Below, piece after piece: positions 18,052 through 28,320 of a stretch of 64,000 bases of DNA. The translations under genes and the position numbers were made by a program. The notes under the pieces were generated by a model that saw only the letters and a program-made list of their open reading frames with translations, was not told the DNA's origin and ran no database searches. The stretch is taken from the NCBI GenBank assembly GCA_041653195.1, contig JBAZFU010000003.1, positions 8,912 through 72,911 of the forward strand. The letters run 5' to 3'. The DNA is from an archaeon (lineage in GTDB: Archaea; Iainarchaeota; Iainarchaeia; Iainarchaeales; JAAZKV01). The stretch's first letter is position 1. Each line of letters begins with the position of its first letter.

Positions 18052-19467
18052 TTGCTTTATTTTATGCAGAAAAGCGCAGGCTTTACAATAAATCAACTGG
18101 ATTATTCCAAGAAGGTCAGTGAGTGTGTCAGCGGTGAAATCGTTGCGAAGCAAGGCGATTTGTTTTTGGTTTTAAATATTCCTAAATTAAGCGAGAAAGA
18201 AAACAAATTTTTTGGCAAAGTTTTGGAGGAATTAAAACATTCTAATACAAAAATTGAGGCCAGAAGAGATGTTTATTTTTTTCTGAAGAATTACTGCCTT
18301 GAAAGCTTAGTGCTCCTGCCGAAGGAACAGCGGGAAAAAATGCTTCAATTATTGGAATGGGAATCGCTTGGAGAAAGTGTTCTTACGCCGTTGTTGAAGG
18401 ACCCCGATTTTGAGGAAATAATTGTGAACGGGCCGAACAAAGAAATTATGGTTTATCATTCGACTTTCGGTTGGCTAAGAACAAATGTTTTTTTTGATTC
18501 TGAAGAAAAAATAAAAAATATTGTGAACAAGATGGCGGCGCCGCTTGGGAGACAATTAAGTTTTCATACGCCGATGGTTAATGCAGTGCTTGCAGACGGC
18601 TCAAGATTGAATGCTTCTATTTATCCGGTTGCTTTTAGCGGAATAAATGTCACTATAAGAAAATTCAAGGAGAATCCGCTGACGCCGATAAATTTGATAG
18701 ATTTTGGAACCATTAGCAGGGAGGCGATGGCTTTTCTTTGGCTCGCGATGCAAACTTCTTCCTCGATTCTTATTTGCGGCAACACCGGTTCTGGAAAAAC
18801 AACTACCCTAAACTCTCTTTTTTGTTTTCTCCCTCCGAAAGAAAGAATAATAATTGTGGAGGAAACCCCCGAACTTATGCCGCCGCAGCACCATCTGATA
18901 AAAATGAATACTGCGGAAAAACTCAAAATCGGTTTGGACAAGCTTATTGAAAACACTTTCAGGATGAGGCCTGACAGAGTAATAGTTGGGGAAATCAGAG
19001 GAAAGGAGGAGGCAAAGGCATTCATTGATACCATGCTCGCGGGACAAGCGAGAGGAAGTTACTGCACTTTCCACGCTGAAAGTGCGAAGGAGGCTTTGGA
19101 GAGGCTCGTTTCTTTTGGGATAGAGGAGAGAGCGCTTGCTTCACTTGACCTTATTGTTGTGCAAAAACGGCAGGAAAAAATCGAAAAAAGCGGGGCAAGA
19201 AGGGAAGAAAGAAAGGTGACTGAAATAAGCGAGGTTATTCAAAAAGAAAATTCGCTCCAACTAAAAACCCTGTACTCTTTTTCTTATGAAAAAAACAAAT
19301 TAGAAAAAAAAGAAGAAACTGTAAGGGTTTTGGAAAAAATAGCGCGAGCTTTTTCAACAAACGAGAAAGAAACAAAAAAACTTTTAAAACAAAAGGAAAA
19401 GCTTTTGAAAAATCTTGATTCAAGAACAAGCTTCAGAGAATTTTTTGAAATAATTGAAAGGGAATAA
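18052..19467 (+). CDS. Type II/IV secretion-system ATPase (TadA/CpaF/VirB11 family), locus 1
   Basis: EEIIVNG, LADGSRLNA, IRKF, Walker A GNTGSGKTT, VEETPEL, RMRPDRVIVGEIRG, TFHAES. Start uncertain (TTG 18052 or ATG 18064). Confidence 0.92.
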   Translation: MLYFMQKSAGFTINQLDYSKKVSECVSGEIVAKQGDLFLVLNIPKLSEKENKFFGKVLEELKHSNTKIEARRDVYFFLKNYCLESLVLLPKEQREKMLQLLEWESLGESVLTPLLKDPDFEEIIVNGPNKEIMVYHSTFGWLRTNVFFDSEEKIKNIVNKMAAPLGRQLSFHTPMVNAVLADGSRLNASIYPVAFSGINVTIRKFKENPLTPINLIDFGTISREAMAFLWLAMQTSSSILICGNTGSGKTTTLNSLFCFLPPKERIIIVEETPELMPPQHHLIKMNTAEKLKIGLDKLIENTFRMRPDRVIVGEIRGKEEAKAFIDTMLAGQARGSYCTFHAESAKEALERLVSFGIEERALASLDLIVVQKRQEKIEKSGARREERKVTEISEVIQKENSLQLKTLYSFSYEKNKLEKKEETVRVLEKIARAFSTNEKETKKLLKQKEKLLKNLDSRTSFREFFEIIERE

Positions 19468-19468
19468 C

Positions 19469-20332
19469 ATGGCAAAGCAATTTGACGAAAAAAATTTAAA
19501 AATAAAACAAAAGGGTTCATTCAAAATTGTTTCAACAAGAGAATCTGTTTTGAAAAAAATTTTGAAAAGCAAAAGCTTTATGAGAGAAAAAGAGTTTGAA
19601 GCTCATAAATCGCAAAGCCTAAGGCTGAGTGTTTTTATAAGCCTCTTTATCTGGCTCATAACGGGCGTAATCGAAAAAAATATTTTAAAATCTGGAGCAC
19701 TTGCCGTTGTTTGTGCAGCAATTATTTTTTTGGCACTTTTAACCTCGCCATTTTTTAAAAAAAAAGCGTACTCGAAAAAAGTGGAGGCGGAACTTCCGTT
19801 CTTTCTGCTTCAATTATCGACTGAAATCAAAATAGGGAAAAGTTTTTTTGAGGCTATGAGAGATTGCGTAAAAAAAGATTTGGAAGAAAACTCCGCCGCG
19901 AAAGAGGAATTCGCGAAAGTTATGTTAGACATAGAAAAGGGGGTCAGTTTTCAGGAAGCGCTTAATGGAATTAGCGGGCGAATCGACTCACTAACAATGC
20001 GACGGGCGTGCAGCAACCTTTCAAATCTTCAACTGCAGGGAAAGAAAGATGTCGACGGACTAAAAAAACTGGCGCAAGAACTCCTGCTAAAACAAAAAAT
20101 CGAAAGCCGCGAGTTTTCGAATAAGATGGTTGTCTATGCATTAGTGTTTGTTGCGGTTTCGGCAATAGTGCCCGCAATGTTTCAAAGCTTCATTTTAATA
20201 GGAAGCTATTTTATGAACATAAAATTCACGCCGGAACAGATCTTTGCAATAATCGTCGGAGGTTTTCCGTTGGCGGACCTGGGAATTCTGCTTCTAATAA
20301 AAGCAAAAACCCCTGTATTTTTGCAGCAATAA
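19469..20332 (+). CDS. Type II secretion system F-domain platform protein (TadB-like)
   Basis: Two TM helices, EAELPFFL...GKSFFEAM...EFAKV...GVSFQEAL T2SSF pattern, further TM helices; follows the ATPase. Confidence 0.8.
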   Translation: MAKQFDEKNLKIKQKGSFKIVSTRESVLKKILKSKSFMREKEFEAHKSQSLRLSVFISLFIWLITGVIEKNILKSGALAVVCAAIIFLALLTSPFFKKKAYSKKVEAELPFFLLQLSTEIKIGKSFFEAMRDCVKKDLEENSAAKEEFAKVMLDIEKGVSFQEALNGISGRIDSLTMRRACSNLSNLQLQGKKDVDGLKKLAQELLLKQKIESREFSNKMVVYALVFVAVSAIVPAMFQSFILIGSYFMNIKFTPEQIFAIIVGGFPLADLGILLLIKAKTPVFLQQ

Positions 20333-20381
20333 AAAAATTTTAATCGAATACAAAAAATTTTAATTTTGGGCGGGAAAAATT

Positions 20382-21314
20382 TTGGATTCAATCATTTTCT
20401 TCAAAAAAACAATTAATTTCTTTTTCGAAAAAAACAAGGTTTCTTCGTTCGAGGAAAAAATTTTTATGAACCGCTCGCGAATGAAAACCCTTGGAGGATT
20501 CATAGAATACTCTGTTGTGGAAGGAATACTTCTAATGGTCACGGCAATGTTTGTTATTTCGCGATTTTTTGGGGCAGAAAGCATTTCAATCGGAATGCTC
20601 GTGTTTTTTCTCCCTTTCATTTTAAATTATCTTTTTCAAGACATAAAATTTGAGAACCGCAAACGCGCGAAAGAAAAACTTTTGCCCGATTTGCTTCTCG
20701 AAGCAAGCGTTTTTTGTGATGAAACCTCGCTTATTGGAACAATAACCAGACTTGCAAAACAGGATTTTCCACTGTTAAGAGAAGACTTTGAAAGGGCAAG
20801 CAGCGAAATAAGAAACGGGGCAAGTGTTGAGGAAACCCTGCAGAGAATGAAGGACTTAAATAAAAGCACTGTTTATTCGCGAACAATAAATCTTCTTTTG
20901 CAGGGTTATCACAGCGGCGCGCAAATGTCTAAAATATTTAAGGAAGCTGCGGAGGATTTGCTTGAAACTCAGGCAATTATGCGAGAGAGGCAGGCAGTCA
21001 TGTTAATCAACAAGTATACGTTAATACTTGCTTCAGGATTTATAGTCCCTGCAATAATCGGATTGATTGTAGGCCTTGTTTCTGGATTGAATTTCGATTC
21101 AATGGGCGAATTGAGCATTGGAATGGAAATCGAGGTTAGAAAAAAAATGCTCGCATTCGCAACGCTCGGCACAACAATTTATCTCTGCGAATATTCTTTG
21201 CTAAGCGCTTTTTTTCTTTCGCTGCAGGAAGGAAATAAAAAACAGTTTTGGATTTATGCACTCATACTTCTGCCGATGGCAATGGCGATTTTTTTAATTG
21301 CAAAGGGTGTTTGA
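20382..21314 (+). CDS. Type II secretion system F-domain platform protein (TadC-like)
   Basis: LLPDLL...EDFERASSEIRNGASVEETL...GAQMSKIF...EDL pattern, C-terminal TM helices. Confidence 0.8.
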   Translation: MDSIIFFKKTINFFFEKNKVSSFEEKIFMNRSRMKTLGGFIEYSVVEGILLMVTAMFVISRFFGAESISIGMLVFFLPFILNYLFQDIKFENRKRAKEKLLPDLLLEASVFCDETSLIGTITRLAKQDFPLLREDFERASSEIRNGASVEETLQRMKDLNKSTVYSRTINLLLQGYHSGAQMSKIFKEAAEDLLETQAIMRERQAVMLINKYTLILASGFIVPAIIGLIVGLVSGLNFDSMGELSIGMEIEVRKKMLAFATLGTTIYLCEYSLLSAFFLSLQEGNKKQFWIYALILLPMAMAIFLIAKGV

Positions 21315-21389
21315 ATTACAATAAGCGTTTTAATCTGCGCATGGAAAAAGTTATTAAGGACGTAATTCATTCTAATATTGTGAAAAATC

Positions 21390-22139
21390 TTGAAACCTAA
21401 AAACGATTCCCGCGCCTGCGATTGCACTGTTGAATTAATTGAAACAAAAAATGTTTCGCTGCGCGGGTACACGCTGCTTGAGGGATTTCCGGGGCTCGGT
21501 CTTTCGGGGACCATTGGTTCCAAATACATTGTGGAAAAATTAAGGCTGGAGCAAATAGGCCACATTAATTCGGAAAAATTTTTGCCCATAATAAGGATTG
21601 AGAACGGCCTCCCAATGCACCCTGTGCGAATTTATGCGAGCAAAAAAAATAAATTAGCGATAATACTTGCTGAACAAGTCGTGCCGAAAGAATCTGCTGC
21701 TGATGTTGCAAAAGAATTTGTTGATTGGGTGAAGAAAAAAGGAATAAAAACAGTTATTTCGACTTCGGGCATAAGAACCGACGAGACAACAAAAGTTTAT
21801 GCTTTTGCGAGTAACGAGAATTCGAAAAAAATTATTAGCAATAACGGAATAAAATTAATCAGCAACGGTATAACTTCGGGGGTAACTGCTTTGATAATGC
21901 TTGAATTGAAGGAAAACAATATCGATGCGCTTTGCATAATGGGAAACACTAAAACGAGCGCCGACTATCACGCTGCAAAAGAAATAGTAAAAGCCATTTG
22001 CAAAATAACCGGCTTGAAAATTGATCTGACATCGCTTGAGAAAGAGGGAAGAACCGTTGAGGATTCCCTTGTAGAACATTTGAAAACCGTGAAAGAAAAT
22101 TCTTGCGATGAGAGCGACATCACTCCCATGTATGCATAG
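21390..22139 (+). CDS. PAC2 family proteasome assembly chaperone-like protein
   Basis: LLEGFPGLGLSGTIGSKYIVEKL, HPVRIY, GITSGVTAL, ADYHAA. Confidence 0.85.
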   Translation: MKPKNDSRACDCTVELIETKNVSLRGYTLLEGFPGLGLSGTIGSKYIVEKLRLEQIGHINSEKFLPIIRIENGLPMHPVRIYASKKNKLAIILAEQVVPKESAADVAKEFVDWVKKKGIKTVISTSGIRTDETTKVYAFASNENSKKIISNNGIKLISNGITSGVTALIMLELKENNIDALCIMGNTKTSADYHAAKEIVKAICKITGLKIDLTSLEKEGRTVEDSLVEHLKTVKENSCDESDITPMYA

Positions 22140-22195
22140 TATGCCGATTTTCAAAAATAGTAACTGCTGGGTTCAATCAGTTATTTTTTTAGCAA

Positions 22196-25100
22196 CTAAT
22201 TATTTTTTTTATAAAAATTTCTTTTTCTTGTAATAATAAACGATGCCGCAAGGAAAAGCGAGACGAAAAGCATTAGGCTTTCAACGGTTTCTGGAACCGA
22301 TGGAATATTAAGTCCTGTGCCTGTTGATGTGCCAACATTGAACGTCATAGGATTTTTGCCTTCGCCCACAATTTTTCCGTTTTCGCCTGCGATGTAAAGC
22401 CCGTTATCTTTTATTCCCTGATTAAGCGGGATTTGCATCCCGTTTTCCGGATACCATTTTCCTGTTGTCGGGTCGTACCAGAATGAGCCGTTTGGCCCTT
22501 GCGCTGCAAGGAGTGTTTCCGGAGTACCGTTGTTGTAAGTCAGCATTGGAACCCCGTTTTCAGAATCAAATTTAAGGCTGTGCTGTTTCCCGTCAGCAGT
22601 GCTGAAAACTAATGTTCCATCTTCAAGTTGTTTTATTCCTTCAACGCCGCCGACTATTTCAGAATCTTTAATTATTTTCCCCGTATCCTTGTCCCTTATT
22701 CTGAAATAATCTTTGCAATCACCGCTTGTAGGGTCGCGCTTTGAATAGAACTCGTAAATTCTTCCGTCAGTTATGAATTGAGTGAAAGGCCCCAGGTGAT
22801 CCATTGATTGATTGAAGGTAGTTACTTTTTTCTGACCCAAGTCATCATTCGGATAAGCTTGTGCGGCAAGGTTTAGCGCCGGAACGGGGCACTCGGTTTC
22901 AGGGTCTATGATTGATGTTTTGGTAGCAGTTAATCCTGCAACATCTTTTGCATCAAGAACTGAATCTTTGTGCTGTCTTAACCAAACTATGAGTTCGTTT
23001 GTTTCTGGTTTTAGCGCTATTACTCCGTAATCGAAATTCATTGAAACGAATTTTCCGGCAGGCTGTTCTTTTCCGTTATCCGAAAATTTTGTTTCCCAAA
23101 AACCGTCAACAATTACTTTAGAATCGCTTCCGACACCCTGTGTTCTGTTGCCCGTTCCTTCCAAATAAATTTTTCCGCCCTGCACGAATATTCCGCTGTA
23201 ATCGGAAGTTTTCAAATTTTTGAGTGCGCCGAAAGCTTGTGTTAATTCATCGCCCGAGAACACTATTCCCGTTTGTGCTTCAACCGCTTTTTGTATGCAA
23301 CTCAAAACTTCTGCATATACGACTCGCACTTCGCCGTTTGTGTTTAATTCAAACACCGGAGAATCAACTTCGGGCGCAGCTATTTTCGTAAGTGTTTTCG
23401 GAACAACTATTGCGGGAATTCTTGTGTCTGCAGGAGTCGTAGCCATTCTTGTGTGATCGGCTTTTGAAGCGGGAACAACAACTTTGCCATTGTATTTTAT
23501 TTCTCCTGTTTCATTGTTAACTTCGAGGCTTTTGTTTCCGTCTTTCCAAATAATTTTTCCTTCTGTAGAATACCCTGACGGCATTATCGAGCCCTTGTAC
23601 CATATGTAAAACACATCTTTTCCTGTAACGCCGCCTGTACTGAGCGGATCAAGTTTAATGGTTGCTTGGAGCACGTTTGCTTTTTGTGCTTGTTCGGAGA
23701 AATTTGAAAATTGTTGTTTTAATTTGTCCATCGCGCTTGAAACAACGTTTGGCTGAGAATTATCAGTTGAATTTTTTGCAACCGCCCCATTAACACTATC
23801 AACTATTTTTGCGGCAGTGCTTGTTAGTGTTTCATTAGAAATTAATTCTTTTGGCTGGCTTGTTTTTGCTTTCTCACTCGGCGGCATATAGAAGTGTATG
23901 TAATAACCTTCGGCATCATCAACACAATCTTTTAATTTTGGGGCCAAATAAACTTGTTGGATTCCTGAGGCTATCAACCCAAACCCGGGGTTTATTACAT
24001 AAGCCATGTTCTCTCCGAATGCAAGTATTCCTCCCGCACCGGTTCCTGCCCAGCCTAACCCTATTTCTCTTAATTTCTGGTCGCATGTTTCTCCGTCTTT
24101 TCTCCCATCAACAAGGTTAATCGCTTCGCCTTCAATGTCGCCTGTTTTTCCCTTAATGTTAGAGTGATGAGTGTAAGCTATTAGCGTAGTCCCTTCTTTT
24201 GCTTTTTCATCCGCATCTGTTGCTTCCAATAGGAAAACTTGCGCGCTTTCTGTAATCTTAAAACCGCCGAATGTTAAGTAATCATCTTTGTAAGTCATGT
24301 CGGCGCCGCAACCATCGCATTTCTCGTTGTGAGAATAAAATGCAATATCTTTTACCGTGTCGCGCATTATTGAGCCGTTTGTTATTCCCGCCTGCAACCC
24401 GCCTTCGCCTGAAAATCTTGAGAACCATTCTTTTAGTTGAGGCACAGTACTAAGCGCAGGGTCAAGCACCAGACTTCTTATCGGGAAAATGAAAGAGTTT
24501 ATTGCTTTAGCAAATAGGTCTCCTTGATCAGAGCCTTCGTTTGCGAAAAAATCAATAAAAGAATCATTGTAAATTCTGTCAACGCCTTGTGTAATCGCTG
24601 TTGTTGTCCAGCTGTCCGGAAGCATGTACGCAGAATAATCTTCATTTCCGAATCCTCTTTTCGCGTTCCAGTAAAGTATCGGCATTACTGTTCCCTTCCA
24701 GATACCTGCTCTCAGCGGATCCTTGAAATACTGTTTAAGCATATTATCCTCTAGAGCGAACTGTCTGTCAAGAACACTAAGAGCTTTTCTTGGCTTGAAA
24801 TTTTTTTCGGCCATTGCAAGCGTCAAATCTTTTACGTTGTTTTCAGCGGTGTTGTATCTTGAAAACATTCTGCTGTGTGTTATTCGCGCAGCAAAGTCTT
24901 CCGGCGTTAATACTTCGGCTTTTTCGAAGCCTGTTTTATAAATATCTATCGAAGCCGGAAGATACTGATTCTTTGATAAATTTCCAAGGCCGCTTTCAGA
25001 AAGTTCCACGAAATTTCCGTTAGTAAGTTTTACTGATATGCGTCCGTCGCCGTACTGTTTTATCCATTTTGTTAAATCTTCAAAGCGAACATTGGATTGT

Positions 25101-26944
25101 TCAAGTTTATTCGGCACCACTTTATACAATTGTATTCCCTTCTCAGTTACTTCGAAAGTGTCAGGGCTAAGCGAAGCTTTCCAAGCATCCCAATTCCCAT
25201 TTTTTTCAAATTCTTTCATTATTGATTTCATGTCATAGTTTTTTCCGGTTAGAGATATTGCGCCCTGTTCAACATTGGCAACTCCGTTTTTTTTAACTGA
25301 CAACCCTTGAAGTGAAAACAAATCCTCGTTGTTCTGCACCCATTCGGGCACATCTAATCGCGTAATGTCATCCCACTCGTTGCCCATTCTAACAAGGTCT
25401 CTTGCAACATCAACTTTGCTGGAATTTAAAGCCTGTTGAGCCGCTTTTATTGCATCAGTATTGGTTCCTGCAACTTTAATCGCATCATCATAATTTTTCA
25501 TCGCTGATTCAAGTACTGACTTGTAGTCCTTTGCTTTTACATTGCTTGCTTTCACATAAGAGGCGAAGGTTTGGAAATCGTCAAAAAATTGTTCTCTTTG
25601 CAACGGAGTAAGTTTCATTAATTGTGATTCATTAGAGAGCATGTCGCTTACGAATCCCTGCGCTCCGTTCGAAAAAAGTTTCTTTTTTATTATTAAATCA
25701 TCCATTGCCGGGCCGAATCCGTGCTTCTGAACATTCGGCCAAAACTGGCTCATTTTTTGAACACCCACAAGGTTTGCGGGAGTTTCTTTTATTCCTGTTG
25801 CAATTTTGCTATAAGTTTTATTCAAATTTGCGAGCCCTTTTCCCAAAATAGTTTGCTCCTCTTTTCCAACATTAGTTGATACTCTTGAGGCGATTGATTT
25901 TAAGCCTCTGGTTGCCTGATTAAAAAAAGTCGGGCCGATGTTGAAGACAACCAGGTCAGTTGAGAACCACGAATTATAATATTTGTCGAACGCGGAATAA
26001 GTGCTTATTGCGCAATTGCTGTTGTTGCAGCTTGTTGCATTTTTTGCGCCGTAACTCTTTGTAAGAATTGAATTTTTTATTTTTTCTCCGGACGCCCAAC
26101 TAATGTTTGTAAAATTCGAATCGTTTTGGTCAACAATATTTTGTTTTAATTTTTCATACTCCTGATCAGTCATATTTATTTTTGATCTCTCGGCAACATC
26201 GCTAAGAGAAGCGACTGCGTTCGTAATATCCGAACTAAAACCGGTGCCGCTGGTTCTAATGCTTAGCCCCGGGTCGTTTATCCAACAGGCCTGACTTTGC
26301 AAGTCCGCGCATCTTCCGACTCTAAGCGTATCATCCAAAACCAATCCGAGTCCCCATGGGCCTTCTATGTGCCTGTCCGCCAAAAATTTGAATCTTTCAG
26401 CATCGGTCATTTCATTTGGAGGTTTTTGAGTGACTGCATTCTTGCCGTCATTGCTTTCTCCGACTATCTGTGCGCCGTCAATTTTTTTTCCAGGCTCGTT
26501 AGTGTCAATTCCGTCGCCCAAAATTTTACCGTCAAACCCGTCGCTGGTAATATTCATTATGGCTTTCGATTCTTTCGGAGTGAGGGAAGATATTACGCAG
26601 GAACTTCCGTTCGAATAATCTATTCCGTCGACATTGTTGCTCGTCGTCGAATCGGCGGTGCCGGAGGTTGTCGTGCCTGCTGTTCCGGCAGTTGTTGCGG
26701 AATTGTCGGTTGTTTCGCTTGTTGTTGTGCTCGTTGAACTATCTGCGGTATCGGTAGCGGTTGTAGTTTCTGCTAAAAAAATTTTTTCGCTTGAAACTTG
26801 TACATAATCAGAATTTATGTTTTGAAAAGAGAGCGCGAAAGCCGGCGAGCTCATAAAAAGAAGCATCACGAGAAATGCGGCGAAAAAGCCTCTGCAAAAG
26901 TGGCTGAACAAATTTTCAGCACCTATTTTATTCATCTCATTCAC
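22196..26944 (-). CDS. 1582-aa secreted protein with a PEF/PEP-CTERM-like sorting tail
   Basis: Signal peptide ending SPAFA, Thr/Ser-rich linker, several Cys pairs, C-terminus IPSVPET + hydrophobic helix + TRKRNFYKKNN. Confidence 0.75.
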   Translation of the reverse strand: MNEMNKIGAENLFSHFCRGFFAAFLVMLLFMSSPAFALSFQNINSDYVQVSSEKIFLAETTTATDTADSSTSTTTSETTDNSATTAGTAGTTTSGTADSTTSNNVDGIDYSNGSSCVISSLTPKESKAIMNITSDGFDGKILGDGIDTNEPGKKIDGAQIVGESNDGKNAVTQKPPNEMTDAERFKFLADRHIEGPWGLGLVLDDTLRVGRCADLQSQACWINDPGLSIRTSGTGFSSDITNAVASLSDVAERSKINMTDQEYEKLKQNIVDQNDSNFTNISWASGEKIKNSILTKSYGAKNATSCNNSNCAISTYSAFDKYYNSWFSTDLVVFNIGPTFFNQATRGLKSIASRVSTNVGKEEQTILGKGLANLNKTYSKIATGIKETPANLVGVQKMSQFWPNVQKHGFGPAMDDLIIKKKLFSNGAQGFVSDMLSNESQLMKLTPLQREQFFDDFQTFASYVKASNVKAKDYKSVLESAMKNYDDAIKVAGTNTDAIKAAQQALNSSKVDVARDLVRMGNEWDDITRLDVPEWVQNNEDLFSLQGLSVKKNGVANVEQGAISLTGKNYDMKSIMKEFEKNGNWDAWKASLSPDTFEVTEKGIQLYKVVPNKLEQSNVRFEDLTKWIKQYGDGRISVKLTNGNFVELSESGLGNLSKNQYLPASIDIYKTGFEKAEVLTPEDFAARITHSRMFSRYNTAENNVKDLTLAMAEKNFKPRKALSVLDRQFALEDNMLKQYFKDPLRAGIWKGTVMPILYWNAKRGFGNEDYSAYMLPDSWTTTAITQGVDRIYNDSFIDFFANEGSDQGDLFAKAINSFIFPIRSLVLDPALSTVPQLKEWFSRFSGEGGLQAGITNGSIMRDTVKDIAFYSHNEKCDGCGADMTYKDDYLTFGGFKITESAQVFLLEATDADEKAKEGTTLIAYTHHSNIKGKTGDIEGEAINLVDGRKDGETCDQKLREIGLGWAGTGAGGILAFGENMAYVINPGFGLIASGIQQVYLAPKLKDCVDDAEGYYIHFYMPPSEKAKTSQPKELISNETLTSTAAKIVDSVNGAVAKNSTDNSQPNVVSSAMDKLKQQFSNFSEQAQKANVLQATIKLDPLSTGGVTGKDVFYIWYKGSIMPSGYSTEGKIIWKDGNKSLEVNNETGEIKYNGKVVVPASKADHTRMATTPADTRIPAIVVPKTLTKIAAPEVDSPVFELNTNGEVRVVYAEVLSCIQKAVEAQTGIVFSGDELTQAFGALKNLKTSDYSGIFVQGGKIYLEGTGNRTQGVGSDSKVIVDGFWETKFSDNGKEQPAGKFVSMNFDYGVIALKPETNELIVWLRQHKDSVLDAKDVAGLTATKTSIIDPETECPVPALNLAAQAYPNDDLGQKKVTTFNQSMDHLGPFTQFITDGRIYEFYSKRDPTSGDCKDYFRIRDKDTGKIIKDSEIVGGVEGIKQLEDGTLVFSTADGKQHSLKFDSENGVPMLTYNNGTPETLLAAQGPNGSFWYDPTTGKWYPENGMQIPLNQGIKDNGLYIAGENGKIVGEGKNPMTFNVGTSTGTGLNIPSVPETVESLMLFVSLFLAASFIITRKRNFYKKNN

Positions 26945-27511
26945 CTACAAAACTGCTCCCAAAAAACTTATAACCAACAACGGAAGCGCCCTTATTTTTC
27001 CGTAAAAAGTGAAAATAAAAAGCCCCAAAATAACCCAATCAAAAAAGAACAAAATCAGCACTAAGAATAGGGCGGCGGCGCCGAAAACGCCTATCAATTG
27101 TTTTAGCAAAACAGAATACTTATTTTTTTTCTGCATTGAAATTATCAGGCTCGCTACGAATTCGAAAATAAGCAATGCGAGCGCGATGGTTATCGCGGAA
27201 ACCGCAATTCTAATACTGTCAAATAAAATAACCCCTAAATTTTCAAGCATAGTGAGTTGAGAATCCTGGTCAACCGGAGCGCCTGTAGCCGCGCCTATCA
27301 AAATAAAGTAGATGTAAAAGAAAAAAAGCCACGCAAAAGCAACAACAAAATTCAGAATAATACAGGCTTTTACCCAACTAAGCGAATGCTTACCTGTCAA
27401 TTTTTCAAGAATCGGTTGCCCGAGCTTGTAAGCTATAAACCCGATTACTCCAAGGGGAACGAGCAATTTAAGAAAATCTATTGCCGTGCCCGCTATAGTG
27501 AAGATATCCAT
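26945..27511 (-). CDS. Multi-pass membrane hypothetical protein, abutting the 1582-aa gene
   Basis: About 5 TM segments; its TGA abuts the next ATG (AGGTGAATG); start moved to ATG 27511. Confidence 0.7.
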   Translation of the reverse strand: MDIFTIAGTAIDFLKLLVPLGVIGFIAYKLGQPILEKLTGKHSLSWVKACIILNFVVAFAWLFFFYIYFILIGAATGAPVDQDSQLTMLENLGVILFDSIRIAVSAITIALALLIFEFVASLIISMQKKNKYSVLLKQLIGVFGAAALFLVLILFFFDWVILGLFIFTFYGKIRALPLLVISFLGAVL

Positions 27512-27694
27512 GCTTTCAAAAAAATTATATATATAGTGATATATAAGCGTTCCTTTGGCGAGAGTTTCTTTCAAGTTTTTTAAATTTAAGAACTTTAAAA
27601 AATAGAGAAATCCGCGTGCTAAACGGGCATTCTCAAAACAAAAAGTAATAAATACCTAGGAACTTATTAGTATCCGGAAGCGCGGTGAAATCAC

Positions 27695-28294
27695 TTGATT
27701 GATTTGCTTATTTATCTGGTTTCAGTTGCAGGAAGCTTTTCAATTGGTTATTCTATTATTAGATTAGGCTGGCCGGAGACCCAGGGATTCTCGGTAACCG
27801 AAAAAATAAGTTATGCTTTTCTTGCAGGCCTTCCGATTTCAATAATCTCTATAATTGTTGCATTCGGTTTCGGCGCAAAATATTTTTTCTTTATGTTTGG
27901 AGCGCTTTATGCCCTGTTTATTGCAGTAGCTTTTGCAAAAAGAATTTCGTTTGAAGAAACGGATTCGACTCAGTTAGTTAAGAAAAAAAAACGTGAATTG
28001 ATTCCTGAAAAAATATTGGCCGGCGACAAAAAAAGTTATTTCAATGCGGAAAGCGCAAATCAAAAAGAACAGGTTTTTAAAGAGAAAAAAACAAGTATAA
28101 TTTCTGACCTAAAACAGAGACTTTTAGGTTCCGAACAAAACAAAGATGCGGAGAAGAAGAACGCTTTACAGCAGTTAAAAGCCATTGCAAAATCAAATGA
28201 GAAAAAAGATTCAGGGAAGAATAAAAGAAGCTGCAAAGAACTTGGAGAGGATATTAATTTAAGCGAACTTGAAAAAATTGAAAGGTTTGAATAA
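27695..28294 (+). CDS. Membrane protein (3 N-terminal TM helices, charged tail)
   Basis: Hydrophobic residues ~1-80 then a Lys/Glu-rich tail. Confidence 0.7.
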   Translation: MIDLLIYLVSVAGSFSIGYSIIRLGWPETQGFSVTEKISYAFLAGLPISIISIIVAFGFGAKYFFFMFGALYALFIAVAFAKRISFEETDSTQLVKKKKRELIPEKILAGDKKSYFNAESANQKEQVFKEKKTSIISDLKQRLLGSEQNKDAEKKNALQQLKAIAKSNEKKDSGKNKRSCKELGEDINLSELEKIERFE

Positions 28295-28320
28295 AAATTT
28301 ATTAAAGCAGAGTTGATTTT

